DNA of 64,000 nucleotides from Paragordius varius (taxonomy: Eukaryota; Animalia; Nematomorpha). Where the stretch lies: positions 2,914,001 to 2,978,000 of the forward strand of contig OZ176054.1 in NCBI GenBank assembly GCA_964247055.1, in the 5' to 3' direction. Within the stretch, counting starts at the first letter, position 1, and each line of letters starts with the position of its first letter. The notes under the pieces are model-generated. The model worked only from the letters and a program-made list of their open reading frames with translations. It ran no database searches and had not been told where the DNA came from. Below are positions 37,901 to 51,107 of the stretch, one piece after another. A program made the translations under genes and the position numbers.

Positions 37901-40900
37901 GTGAACATATATCAAAAAATCTTACATGATTTGCAATGGAAAGTTTATACAATGTATCACACCACAAACTGTACATTTCAGCCTCAACCTTTCGACTTAT
38001 CCGTGGATGTGGTTTAGTAGTTAAACTGCTATTTTGGTTCAAATTATTTTTATTATTTTTGATATCATTACTAAAATTCTCAATATTTGTTTCCTGGGGA
38101 AGATTTTGGAAATTGGTTTCATCCGAAATTTTTTCTGATGTTGCTATATTAGGATTATTGTTGTTATCTAAAATGGATTGTCCAATTTCACTTAATGTAT
38201 GATCCGTGTGTGTGCGTTGAAAACTAAAAAATATTAGAATTTCTAGTTTAGTTAAGTAGAAACAAATTGAATTAAGAATTTAATATAAAGAGAAGAATTA
38301 AATACAGTGAAAAAAACATAAAGCAAAAAGTAAGTAAAGCAAATAGAACTAAGTGTTTTGTAAAGCCGTAGTTTATATGCGTATTGTTAAACTTAACCCT
38401 AATTATTATTGTTTAAATTTAAAGTTTATATATAGCCAATATGATTAGGATTTTTGAATACGGATAAAAATTAGGGTTCCTAAACCACAAGATGGTACAT
38501 TAAATTGTAATTATACAGACGAAACGTTAAAATATAAAAACAAATATTTTTTCAAAGATAACAACTATATTTTTTCATAAATTTCCCTATGTAATTTTTT
38601 TTGATTACAATTATCAAATACATAATTAATTGTCTTCCGCTATAAATCTCATTTCATACTTTGCAATATACAACAATGAGTTATATTAATAATCGAGCTT
38701 ATATAAGTACGGCGGTGTTTTTGAAAACTCATATTGTCTTTATATTTTAACTTTTTGTCCGTATAATTTCAATTTTTACTGCACTATGGTTATTTTATAA
38801 GAAAATATTTTTACATGGAGGCCTTAAAACATAAAACTCGGCTTAACATATGGCCTTGTATTTTTAATTTGTTAGACTTATATAGACCTATAATTGCATA
38901 AAATTTAAAATGTTTATCTTAAATACGCAAAAAAAATTTAAAAAAGGGAATATATTAGTTTGTTGAACACAAACAACTTTGTAAATGATATATAAATAGT
39001 GAAAAATTATCATTATATAAAAGATAATCTTAAAAATAAAATGTACCCTGCATTCGAAAAGAAACCCACATTGCATGGTGAGAATTCTACCGAATGTTTT
39101 TCGATTGTGCCATTTATTTTATTATCTGGATTTTTAATTTGGTTATGGTTATTATCTATGTTATTATTATGAGAGGATGTTTGATTAATTATGGACCATT
39201 CAAGTTTATAGGAGGGTATACCGAGTTTTGGCATCCCGTTTGCATTAAAGATATGGATGACTAGATCTAAAATCTGTGATGGTAAAATAGATTTATTTCA
39301 AAAATAGGTGGATATTTGTTTAATGGGACAAAAATATATAACATTTTTTCCATTGAAAACAATAAACCATCATTTTTTCTTTTAAAAAAGTCACAATATT
39401 AAACAAAATGGTTATTTTGTGATTAAAAATAATTAAGAAAATAGATTGCATTATAATGAAAATATGTTACCTTAAACAAATAAAATATTTTTTTATATAA
39501 AATACCGTATGTTCGTAAAATAATTATATTGCAATTTTTTAACCTGACATTACCCAAAATTACAAATGAATACTCAAAAAGAATAAAATTTCATTTAAAA
39601 TTAAAGGTACAATAATGATATAAACTTGGGTATTTATGCGCCAAGGACACATCCCCAGGTAAGTTAAGCTATCCAGTACGGGTAAAAGTTGAGTATTGGG
39701 TGTTCGATTAAGTATTTGGTAATGAAAACTCCAACTTTCGGATAACCTTACAAGGGGACCTGAAAGCAACAAAACAATTTATCATTGTTTAAAAATAACA
39801 TTAGGGTTAAAAATTAAGTTTAAGACAAAATGTAAAACTATACGAATTTTTTTTAAAAAAAACAACTATTACTCATCCATCGCTTTGGGTTGGAAAATAG
39901 GGAACAGAAATATTATTACACTCAATTATACGATTTAAAATTGTAATTATAAAGCTTAGGTAGGAAAAATCATGGTTTAAAAAGTCTGATTGCAATATCG
40001 AATAAAATATTTGTCTTGCAGTATTTCATTCTTTATTATTTTATTTTTTACTGTTTATAACTAGATATGGGTTTTAACTGGGTAAAAATATTAAATCGTC
40101 TGAGTGCTTATGAGTACAGTCATTTAAAATCATAAACACATATATAATTATATATAGACGAAGCAAAAAATAAATTTAATTATTTAAAAGCAATATAAAA
40201 ATTTTATAACATGCAGTTTAGCAATTTTTATCTATGTTCTAGTAAGAAATATATATTTGATACCTCGATATATCTTTTTCAATATATTAAACAATATAAA
40301 AAACGGATCCTAAACTTTGACAAAAATACCTTCTCTTATTTATAAAAATCTTTTCAACAAAAAAAACCAAATATACTTGTATGTAAAAGATATCCCCCCG
40401 AATGAATCGTAGACCAAGGAAGAGGTGGAACTAACATAGGTAAGGCATTAGCTTCAAATTTTATGTGACTCACGTTATAACTCTGAAATTTTCGCACATT
40501 TTTCCCAAGAGCATGGCAAATATCATTTTTTTGATTAATCACGGTTAAACTGTCAGAGTTAGAGCTTGTTGAATTGCCATCAAAATTTTGCAAAGATTCT
40601 TTATTCATAGTATCAGAAAAATAATGATTTTGTTCGGTTAATTCAGGGTCAGTGGTATATAATGTATCATCATCTATGAAACAACCTTCGTGCAATTTAA
40701 TCATGATAGGATGTGGCTATAACGCAATTTAAGATTAAAATAAAATTTTATACTTTTTAAAAAAAGCATAGTTTTTCTTTCCGGGGTTATATTTTATTTA
40801 AAGGCAAAAAAAATATTTTAAATGCGAGAAATCCAAGATATGGCTAAAACATGTAACAAGGCATAATTGAATAGAGGTAATTCTTATTAAATTGTTCCTA

Positions 40901-43900
40901 AAAACTTATTGTTTTTTTAAAGAAAGTATCTTTCGTGTTTTTTATTTAAAATTTTGGAACGTAATATCATGAAAAGGCAGAAGTACAACCATTTTATTAC
41001 CAATAACATTGAACACCGAAACTAAGTTCAAAACCTTTATTTTGTAAAAAAAATTATACCATTTAACCTCGAATTCCCCCTTGAACGATTCGAATTCACT
41101 ATCGAAGAATTCAAACTAAAATTAATTATGTGTTTTTTAGGATTTATAATTGCCTATATTTTTTTATATTTTTAGAAAATGAAATTTTGTTAAATTAAAA
41201 TAGGAATGATAAATTAAGCCATAAAAATATATTTCACAATAGCCCGAATATACAAAATTTATCTTTAGGGTGTTCAAGGGTGAATTTGAATGGTTAAATC
41301 ATAACCAATTTTTAGATATTTTCTACATAAAACATTTATATAAATTGCATACCCTAAATTCTTCTTTTTGGTTAGTTGTAAATTCACGATACACTGAAAA
41401 AAAGGCTGGACATTCATCATCATTCGACCCGATTTGTTCAAGGTTAGCATTTTCTCTAAGAAAAATTAATATTATATTTATATAAAATTTTACACAAAAA
41501 CATGTTAAATAAAATTAATAAATTTGGACATAATTTATAATTATAAAAAGTTATAAAAAAAATATACATGTTATTTAATTCAATATCTTTCGTTGCATTG
41601 TTAGTTTCAGGGGAGAACATGGTTATATCATCATAAACTTTTGCAGAACTAATGTTGTAGACTGTTTTGGGTTTTACTTTAATATTTTCCAATATTAATG
41701 AGTACAGAAAACGACCAAGCTAAAAAATATTAGTATGGTAAATATTAAAAATATTGTTAAACAATTGCGTTAGATGAAATATCTATCAAAATTAATATTT
41801 TTTAAATTTTCAAATTAATAGTATGGAAAAATATTATATACAGTATGCATTTAAATGGTTGTTTATTTCACAATATAGTAATTTGCAACACAGTAGTGTA
41901 TGGAAAAAAGAAAGGAAATAATTGTATGTAGTTTATTATATTACCAAAATATAATCAAAGATTTATTTTAATTAACCTAAAAAGTTAGTGTTTTATAATA
42001 AAATTGTTTATGAATTAACAAAATTATCATTCACGTAAAATATTACCCCAATATGATAGGTTGTAGGCCAAATTTGATTTTCCATTTCCTAGGTTATAAA
42101 AATAAAAATAAGCATATAACTTATAAAAAAACAAATCAAGGTGGAATAATATAAATTTTAAAAATTTGCGATATGCTATTGTTGTGATCTTAATATTAGT
42201 TTTTTTAAAACAAATTTAGGCATGAATAAGTCAAATTTTTTCAGGCAACAATGGTTTAACAAAAAATTTATAAAAAAATTTATAAACATATTCTTTCAGG
42301 GCCCCTGATTTTTTAATAACATTATGCTAACTTTAAAACACAAAACTGCGATAAAATTCAGTAATAAAAATAAATTTTAAACATTTAGTTTTATAACCAA
42401 AGCATAAAATTAATAAATACCAAATGTAAATTCCAACGCATGCTATCTAAGCACGTTTTGTTCCAAAGCGATCTGGGTATATCAGTTTTGAATTCACTTT
42501 CATGATTTAGATTATGATTTTCATTATTGATATTTTTTGCGTAATAATCAAAATTACGATTTTCCATGTAGCCATACATACGTTCATAAAATGCTTTCAA
42601 CTATAATTATATGATAATTTTACATTACATACATATCTTTCGGGGTTTTTACCCTAAAAAATTTGTTATAAAATAGTCTTAATAAAATATGATAAATAGA
42701 ATGACATTGGAATTATATTTTATATAAAAGATCTTAATTTACAGAGATTGTGTTGAATTAACTCACAAATTTATAGAACTTTTAGATATGAAAAAATATT
42801 TTTTGTACTATACGCTGAAAAAGACATAAAAACATGGAAATATTATATTGTTATACTAACCCAATATATTAAATAAAATTAAATCCATTTAAAATATATA
42901 AATGCATATTTTTAGGATATAATTAAATATTTAGATAAAAGAATGATAATATACTTTAGCATCGAATTCCTTTTCTAATTTCTGTAACACAATATATTTA
43001 TGATTGACTCGTAAACCCAAATGACGATATAAAAATAGCGTTGATGGGCTATAATATTGTGCACTGGTTGATAAAAATTCAATCTCCTATACGCGTAAAA
43101 TAATCCGTAAAGTTTATTTATCTTGTGATGTAAAAATAAAAATGTAAAATTTATAAGTTAAATCTGTGAAAAAATTAACTTACATTCAAAAGCATATCAA
43201 TGTAATGGTATGTGGGTACACATTTCAACAGAGGATAGTAACTTAATACGGTGTAGCCTTTTTTAGCGCCTATGTATAAAAAATATTACAAGATACCATT
43301 TACAACTCAAATTCACCATAAAAAATATTACAATGACCCTTAAACAACTCAAATACACCCTAATTGTGTTTTGAAACTAATATACTCATAATTGGTACGA
43401 ATTATTTCTTTATAACATAGTTTATTATTTTTTCAATATTATCTTACACGAAAAAAATTATTTTTTAAAAATATTGAATAAATATAATTTTTAAACGCAT
43501 AATTTTTTTAAGGGGACTTTAATTGGTCGTGGGTGACTTTGAATTGTTCAAGGGTGAATACGAGGGGCAATTGGTATATAAATAAAAAAAACATTGGTAT
43601 AAAAATCAATTTAGTTAAATATAGTAACCCCTATTTTCCCATTCGTGTTTTAGGGCATTAAGCGATTTATCAAATGCTTCAGTTAATATTTTTCTCCATT
43701 TCTGCCGCTCTTGTCGTAATTTTTCATATTTTTCTAACCGCTGTTTGATAAGCAAAAATTGTTTAATGTATATATTCCAAAATATATAATAAATAAAAAA
43801 GTATTTTTAAGATTTTGAAATTAATTTAATGACATATATATTAAATTAAATAGGACATATATCACATTAGATTCTACATAATAATAAGAATAAAATAAAT

Positions 43901-46900
43901 TATTTATAATATATGGCAAAAAATTAGTTCAGATTAACATAAATAAATTTAAAAAAACTAAAAATCCAAAAACATTACCTAAAATATATATAAACTTTAT
44001 ATATATATCATTTAAAATAAATATATCCACCTTTTTAACAGTCTTATCCATTGCATTTGTCATTAATTCTGAATTTGAATTATTATTATTATTATTAGTA
44101 ATATTTTGTAAATCATAACTAGCGGTTAAACTATCATTAGTTTTTGATATTATTGTAGGATTAAATATTGAAGCAATCTTAACAATGCCCCGTTTTTCGA
44201 TTTGGATTTGTTCATTGAAAGCCTTAACCATTGAAGGCAAATCATGAATAATGCCTGTATAAGAAACTTCCGATATTGTGGGTTTTATCTTTTCAAAAAT
44301 ATTATACATTCAAAATGGAAATTATAAATACAATAGATATACAAATTTAAAATCCAATATTTTTTATAGAATATTTTTTAGATTTATTTTTAAATTGTAA
44401 AATAGATGTAAATTGGTATAGCACTGAATTATATTTATATATATATATATATATATCACAAATGTATTTATGATCAAGAAAATATTTTTTTATAAACAAT
44501 TAAGAATTTTGGTTCCACGTTGTATCCTTGAAAAAAAAGGTTTATTTTGTATATATAGAGGGAGGTTAAAAAAATCAGGATATATTTAAATAACCGTCTT
44601 TCGACTAATTTCATGAGTTAACTTTTTATTACTAATTCTGTCTTTCCAAATATATATCCAAACAACCTCTCCCAGCCCCTTATAAAAGCCATCATAAGAA
44701 ATTCCTTGTGTCTTTTTTAAAAGTCCAACTCTCATACTCATATATGTGGTAACCGGAAGTACGAAACAATTGTTTGTAGGATATAAATTTTACACAATTT
44801 AATATTAAAAATTTTTAGTTATTCGTATATTTAGATCAAAAATCACTGTTTATAAAACCTTGTTTTGGTTTGAACTCGTACATTTTTGCTTTTTCTCATA
44901 ACTCTTTATTAGTTTGGCCATCAAAATTATAATTTTATTCTGGGAAAAATCGAAAGAACTAAAGTGTATCGCTCCCTTTAATAAGATTCTGATTGTTCTT
45001 TCTATACAGAACAAGCAATTAAAAAGAACAACGGAATTTAAAAGGGTTCATCAAAGGGTGATCCTTATCCCCTTATCTGTTCAATTTGCGCACAGAAATG
45101 AGAATGAGAAAGTTAGACCAAAAATATTGGTCTAAGAACAGGAGGGGGAATAATCAATAACATTAATGTTTTCAGCCGAAGCCACCTTTATAGCTTATTG
45201 TAAACGAAATAATGGAATTGAATGATGTTTCTGATCTAATGCTTAACCCTAATAAAACCAAAATATTATATACTGGAGAAAAGCCTACAACTATTATAAA
45301 TGGGGTGAAAATAAAAGTTGTTAATGAATTAACATTTTTGGGTGTGCTATAATTTCCGAGGATGGCTCTTCAACTCCTGATATCAGTAAGAGAAAAGTGG
45401 GTATGTCGATGACCAAATTTATAAAGATTTGGAAAAACAAAAGTGTAGGAGTTGAAACTAAAAAAAAGATTACTCTACTGTTTTGTTCTCCCTGTCACCA
45501 CTTATGGTTGTGAGAGCTGGACTCTCAGAAAAAGAGATAAAGAAAGGCTCATCGCTTTCGAAAGGAGCTGCAGGCGTAAGGATAGACTTAAAAAGATAAT
45601 AATAATGGAAAGCTAACTACACATATGATTCATAAAACTATCTGGAGTTGCAAAAAAATATATTTTCACCAATTTAAAGAAAGACATTTGGAAAGGCAGT
45701 ATGGCAAAAAAAACGAAGCCAACCACAGATCAAGACAGGATAAAAAAGCCAACTAAGATTATATTATAAGATTCGAATATAGCGATAAAATATAGAAGGA
45801 AATAAAAGTTAACAGTGCCAACTATATCCAAAAGGTTGATTTCGACTTAAGAATAACCAGTGTGATAACATTTGGGATATTGCTTTGCCCAATTTTATGC
45901 GATTATACAAGCATGAAATTTATTATGATTTTTTACACAAGAAAATATTCATTTTCATGCGGACAAATAATAGAATATTAAAAATAACATATTTTTGTAA
46001 AATTTTTGTGCCGTCCCTTTTTTCTAAATCGTTAGATATAAATAAGGTGGTTATTAAGTCAAAATAACTCAACCTTATATTCATACCAAGTAAGAACCAT
46101 ATAGACTTACGCTCTTATGTTAACTTCAAGAATAGCGGCAGTCTTTTATTTTTTAAGTTAAATGATTATTTAATAACAACATCCACGTATAATATTTAAA
46201 TACCTCTTTTTCAATGGGCAAATTATTTAATAGAACATTATCATAATGTCGAGTAATAGTTGGTTTCATGGGTTCATACGTTGGATATATTCGTTTGATT
46301 GCCTATTATATAAAAATAAAAGATAAATATTTGTATTACGGTATAAATTGGGAATTAACAAGGCATAAGACTACTAAAAGTTAAAATCGAACTTGCTTTT
46401 TTTACAAAAGACAGTCTCTTAAACAGCAAGTATGTCGCTTTTAAGTGAGTCACATTTTTTATCCTTTTATTTGTGGTATTAAATTATTTATTTAACCAAA
46501 GTTTCTAAAATTGAGGATATATATATATATATATACGTTTAGTAAAAAAATGGCAGTCTATTAATTTTTATTCTATTTGCCTCATACAATTTTTACAGGT
46601 AAAAAACAGCATTTAAAAAATCAAAAAAAAAACCTTTAAAATATATTCAGGTTCGTCCTTGATTCCTTTGTAGTTGATAAGTAGGCTAGGTAAATGATTT
46701 TGTCCCTTTAACGCGGTAAAATAGACAAAAACAATTAATTTATATCATATCAATATAAATCATATATGTATGTTAATTTATAAATGTATTACCAATTTTT
46801 CTATTTCACCAACACAAGATTTGATACAATCATCAATAAGCTTGAAATTGTTCTCATTCTATAAAATTTATATATATATTATAGATTTAATATGTTAAAT

Positions 46901-48444
46901 CTTAATTCTTGCATAGTTTGATATAAAAAAAATTTCTGCATCCAAAATTCCAAAATTTTTGATTCAATCATTTATTAATTATAAATTCTTTAGATAGATG
47001 AATGTATCCATATTTTTATCGCTCATGTAATATAACCCATATATTTATGGTTTCTATAGTTTCTAAAATACTTGTGAGTTTCTCCATTTAAAAATAGCAA
47101 AATTTAAAAAGATTTTCATAATACATATATATATACATAAATATACAAAGCGTAAAAGTAAAAATTAATTTGGGGTATCAAAGTTATTCCAGACGACAAA
47201 AAATAATTTAAAAATTACAATAAATAATTATTTAAAATTACTTTATTATCGATCGAATGTTGAGTATTTTGTTGATGAAAAGACATTAGTTCTAATGCCG
47301 ATATATATCTTCCCATGGCCTCTAAGAATGAAGCGTAAGTCACATGATCTGGTTTAAGGTCTAGGAAATACATGAGATGTACCAAAGATTGCATATGACC
47401 AATTTCACCCTAAATGTATGTATAAAACATTTTTCAAGGTAAAAAGGAAATGCCGCCCGGTTTTTTTTGAAAAAAAAAGGAGGTCAACATATAAATAAAA
47501 ACTGTATAAAAATCAAATATTTTGAATATACTCGATATTAAAAACAAAAAACTGCTATAAATTCAATTTGAAAAATTGGTATTTATCCTAAACTTTAGCT
47601 CTCTTTCAGATTCTTAGATACAAATTATAATGCAAAAAATAGTTTTGTTTATCTATAATTTTATATAGGTATAAATTTGTTAAACAAAAATATTGAAAAA
47701 ATAAAAAAAGTTTAGGTTATTCATAAAAAAAACTTAGGCATAAAAAAAGACACTATCTTAAATTCATAAACTAACACAAATAATCTACCAATTTTGCCCA
47801 AGTTTGTAGTAGTTTATTGAAAGGTTTTATCGATGTGATTGAAGTGCTAAATTTTGGCATTTTCTTTATAATGTCATCTATATCTTTTTCAATTAGTGGT
47901 TCCGAATTTTCTATAACAAATAAATGTAAATATATTTTTGGGGGAATTACAATAAAAAATCAAAAGAGATAATATACCATTATTTACCAATCAAATTCAC
48001 CCTTGCATAATTCAAATTACCCTCGAATGATTCAAATTCACCCTTGCCAATTCAAATTCACCCTAAAAATAAATTATGTGTTTTCGGGCGACTCATCATT
48101 ATTAAGAAATATATTCTTATGGGGTTTATTATTTTTTCAGTATTATATTAACTTTGAACGAAATTTCATTTTTTTAAACATATTAAAATTTTTTGGTAAT
48201 TTTTAATCTTAAAAATAAATAATGTATTTAAGGGTGAATCAGAATTGTTCGAGAGTAAATTTGAAAGGGGTATATTTAAATTGTTCGAGGGTAAATTTAA
48301 ACTGTAAATGGTATAAAACAAAAATAAAAGATAAACTTTATATTTTTGAAGTTTTTTTTCTATAACTATATGTTTAGAGATATAAAATGGGGAAGTTATT
48401 GAAATTACAGTAAAATTGATAAGATAAAGACAAAACATAAATAA

Positions 48445-48503
<59 letters not shown>

Positions 48504-51107
48504 TTATTCAAACTTTTAGAAAATAATAATGAGTGTTTCACGTTTTCAATTTTTTTATTCTTTAATACGCAATAACTCAAAACGGGTTGTATGAAACAAA
48601 AGAAATTCAACGTCTATACATATGGTTTATCTCGTAAAAAATATGGTCTTTTTATTGTTACTGTAAACCTTTTATAGAAGTGTGGAAATAAAATCTTCAT
48701 AAAAGTATTTTCAAAGATTAACTTGTTTCATCCTTTAATTTTTGGTTTTCAGCATCATTTTTTTCCTTGGACTCACGCAAAATAGTTGCGCACAGCTTTT
48801 TGTGCGTTTTGACTGCAATGTGCATAAGGGTAGCTTGAGCTTTACATAACTAAATAAAATTATATCCCATATATTAAATTATAGAAATCTTTTTTTTGTT
48901 AACACCTAAATACAACATATTCATATTAGTCCTTTGATTCAAATTGGGTAGTTGGATACCCCAGACCTGTTTAAAATTAAATATTTTAAAAATATGGAAT
49001 AAAATACACCCATGGCAAAAGTTTGCGCTCATATAACATTAATGAACCGAAATATAAAAAAATATTTATTCAAAAAGAATACTTGATATTACTTATTAAG
49101 AGGCAAGCCCCAAAGGTAAAAATTTAGCCAACATGACATTTGTGCATAAGCTAATGAAATTAATGGAAAATATACCACCTTTTCAGTTTATAATGTTAAA
49201 GATGATTTTGATAAAAGTACATTTAATTTTGGTCTTAGAATCAAATAAACCCGATATTTTGCAAAAGTGTTGGTTAAATAAAAATGGCGTGGAAGTAATT
49301 TGATACGAAACGTTTTTTACAAAACTAAATTTTATTTAAATATTTTTGCTTTTAAATAATTTTTATTTAGAAACGTTACTTTCTGTAGTTTTCTAAAAAT
49401 ATCAACTTAAGTATTTTCTGAGGTATTTAGATCCCCAATTTCAATCGAAGTGTTAAAGTAATTACAATTTATAAAAATGTATAATTAAAAATAAATAATA
49501 TAAAAGGCAACAAAAGAAAGTTGAGTAAATTTAACTGCATTTAAGAAACTGATTCCCCGACACAGTTTTGTCCCCGTTAAATCTATATAAAGTAAATAAC
49601 TGATATTAGCCCTTGAATTGATGGCAAAAAACAATTAGTCTAAAAATATAGGTTTCCGAAAAAAATGACAAAATATATTTTCGCAATTAAACCAAATTTA
49701 ATTTATCAGATAAGTAATACCATATTCTCATGTTGTATGTAATAGAAAGGAGATGGTTCATGCGAAAAAATTCTATTGCCACTCTCAGGCTTACTTTGAT
49801 TGCTGCGTTCAGAAGTTAGGCAAACTCTTTTAACTCCTTTAAACAAAGGTCCAAAATCTATGGTAGAAAAATGCGAATTCTCAGGGTTTTTAGAACTTTC
49901 TAGAAAAGTTTTTAGATCATTATTCTGATGGGTAAAAGAGATAGAAGCATTATTATTATTATTAGCAAGTTTTTCAATCAAAAATGGTTCATCAACCACC
50001 AAATATCGGCAAATACATTTAGTGAGTGTAAGTTGATTTTGAAGTGTGAATGCGCTATCCTGGGTCGTAAACCATTTATTTTTAACGTGATGCAGTACAA
50101 GGGTTAATGGGTGCCCCTATTTGAAAAAAAAGATAAAAATTAATAAATTTAATTATTTGCTGTGTTTTAGGCTTATTAGAAGAGTTTCGAAATTCTTACA
50201 TACATTAGTAAGTTTTGTTGAAAAAAGATGCTTCTCATAAATAAAAATCCAAAAAATAAGACCATGATTATAAATCAAAAAGTAATAAAATTCGCTGGGG
50301 CCTATCGCTTTCAATTTTAAAATATATTTTGATATGAAAACAACATTCAAAAACCTTACCGAATTCAATATGGAGGTAAAAAGTTTGGTATACAATTTTT
50401 TTCGAACTACGCCATTGCATTCAACCAAATGACGTATGAGAGGCAAATACAGATCTAAGCTGATGACATAACCGCGATTTTGAAGCGTATTTATATGATT
50501 TATGGCTTGAAATGGTTGTTGTTTTTCGCAACATAATGATTCTACCACTTTCAAGTGTGATAAAGTTGTCTGCTCTGAACAATGATGATATTTAAATTTG
50601 CTATGTAGAGTATTATATGGTGAGACTTGTGAAACATTTAAACACGAATCAATGAAAACTTTAATGGCTTCATTGTAACTAACGTTTCTGCCATTTAGTT
50701 CAGTACGTAAAAGTGAAGTTTTATGTATCTCTGAAAGTTTTTGTAAATGTCGTTTCTCACGTTTGGATATTTCTTTTATACTCTTTAATATAATCTTGTC
50801 AGTTTTATTGTTTTCTGTGTTTTGTTGTGATTGGGTATTATCCTGATATTTTAATGGATTAATCTTCTCGTAAGTCTTATTATTTAAACTCTTTTTCGGT
50901 CCCGTTAAAAAGGGAACATTGGTTGATGTAGGTGAATAATCATCTCTAAACTCTAATTTGGGATTTAATTTTAAATTATTATCTAAATAATTATGTATAT
51001 AATACTATTGGTGGAACTTTTCCAAATTAATCGCTTTATCAATATAATTTGCCATGCTAAAAATTATTAATTCACTAACTTCCAAAATCCTTCTCCAGTT
51101 TAAGCAT
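31987..51107 (-). CDS. POLRMT: Mitochondrial phage-type DNA-directed RNA polymerase, about 35 exons, roughly 1750-1800 aa
   Basis: Phase-consistent exons: [51107-51080, 51056-51006 tentative], 50982-50204, 50116-49721, 48849-48723, 47910-47789, 47409-47242, 46858-46793, 46705-46634, 46302-46204, 44288-44031, 43740-43629, 43269-43184, 43086-42955, 42600-42421, 41719-41568, 41455-41353, 40716-40377, 39759-39626, 39273-39047, 38223-37926, 37514-37430, 37345-37234, 37078-37000, 36638-36489, 36279-36157, 35676-35599, 35051-34863, 34037-33912, 33606-33554, 33237-33139, 32835-32763, 32432-32341, 32228-32143, 32036-31987. PPR region ([13 protein letters not shown]...[12 protein letters not shown]), PMLVPPLPW, motif [13 protein letters not shown], motif [29 protein letters not shown], motif [10 protein letters not shown]-terminal FFFS. 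The start codon is uncertain (51107 or 51206). Confidence 0.93.
33811..33864. repeat. Perfect 27-bp tandem duplication in a POLRMT intron
   Basis: ATGGCTCTTTAAATAATTATCCGCATA x2 (33811-37, 33838-64). Confidence 0.95.
34200..34425. mobile_element. Degenerate family A MITE, reverse orientation, ends approximate
   Basis: TACGGACAAAACGTAAAAATATAAAG ... TATTGTTTTAAATTGCAAAGTA ... GTCTATATATTTTTACGTTTCCGTA match family A arms and core. Confidence 0.6.
38498..38781. mobile_element. Tc1/mariner-type MITE family A, copy 3
   Basis: Arms ...AATTATACAGACGAAAC / TTTGTCCGTATAATTTCAATTTTTACTG and shared core ATACTTTGCAAT..AACAATGAGTTATA. Confidence 0.75.
41057..41296. mobile_element. Foldback-like MITE family B, copy 2
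   Basis: TACCATTTAACCTCGAATTCCCCCTTGAAC ... GTTCAAGGGTGAATTTGAATGGTTA. Confidence 0.75.
41841..41910. mobile_element. Single arm of family E MITE
   Basis: TA|CAGTATGCATTTAAATGGTTGTTTATTTCACAATATAGT...GCAACACAGTAGTGTATGGAAAAA. Confidence 0.75.
43294..43576. mobile_element. Foldback-like MITE family B, copy 3
   Basis: TACCATTTACAACTCAAATTCACC ... TTGAATTGTTCAAGGGTGAATAC...TTGGTA. Confidence 0.7.
44590..44790 (-). mobile_element. Decayed RTE-clade LINE fragment
   Basis: With frameshifts reads [35 protein letters not shown], the RTE YGCESWT...AFE..WRR..ISWxDRITN segment. Confidence 0.7.
44990..45760 (+). mobile_element. RTE-clade (BovB-like) LINE reverse transcriptase relic
   Basis: With frameshifts: [91 protein letters not shown]; stops and indels; antisense to POLRMT. 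Confidence 0.88.
47975..48313. mobile_element. Foldback-like MITE family B, copy 4, with 3-4 subterminal repeats of about 20 bp per arm
   Basis: TACCAT...(TTCAAATTCACCCTTG-like)n ... (AGGGTGAAT / GAGGGTAAATTT)n ...ACTGTAAATGGTA. Confidence 0.8.
48448..48497. repeat. (TA)n microsatellite, about 25 units
   Basis: Longest AT run in the window. Confidence 0.95.
48903..49452 (-). mobile_element. piggyBac-type (TTAA) MITE family C, copy 4, reverse orientation
   Basis: TTAA|CACCTAAATAC ... ATCGAAGTG|TTAA; reverse complement of 15246-15812. Confidence 0.85.

Noticed and set aside
44595-44714. Candidate POLRMT exon [30 protein letters not shown]
   Set aside because: Better explained as an RTE relic, and the flanking true exons join in phase with continuous homology without it.
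27280-48610. ORFs containing YIYIYI runs (27280-27564, 27327-27575, 48374-48610)
   Set aside because: Translations of (TA)n microsatellites; only 27395-27546 is a real NELFA exon.
50308-50359. Strong donor TCG|GTAAGG inside the large POLRMT 5' exon
   Set aside because: The nearest acceptors lead to stops and the frame is open through the region; left as exon, although a longer in-frame intron cannot be excluded.
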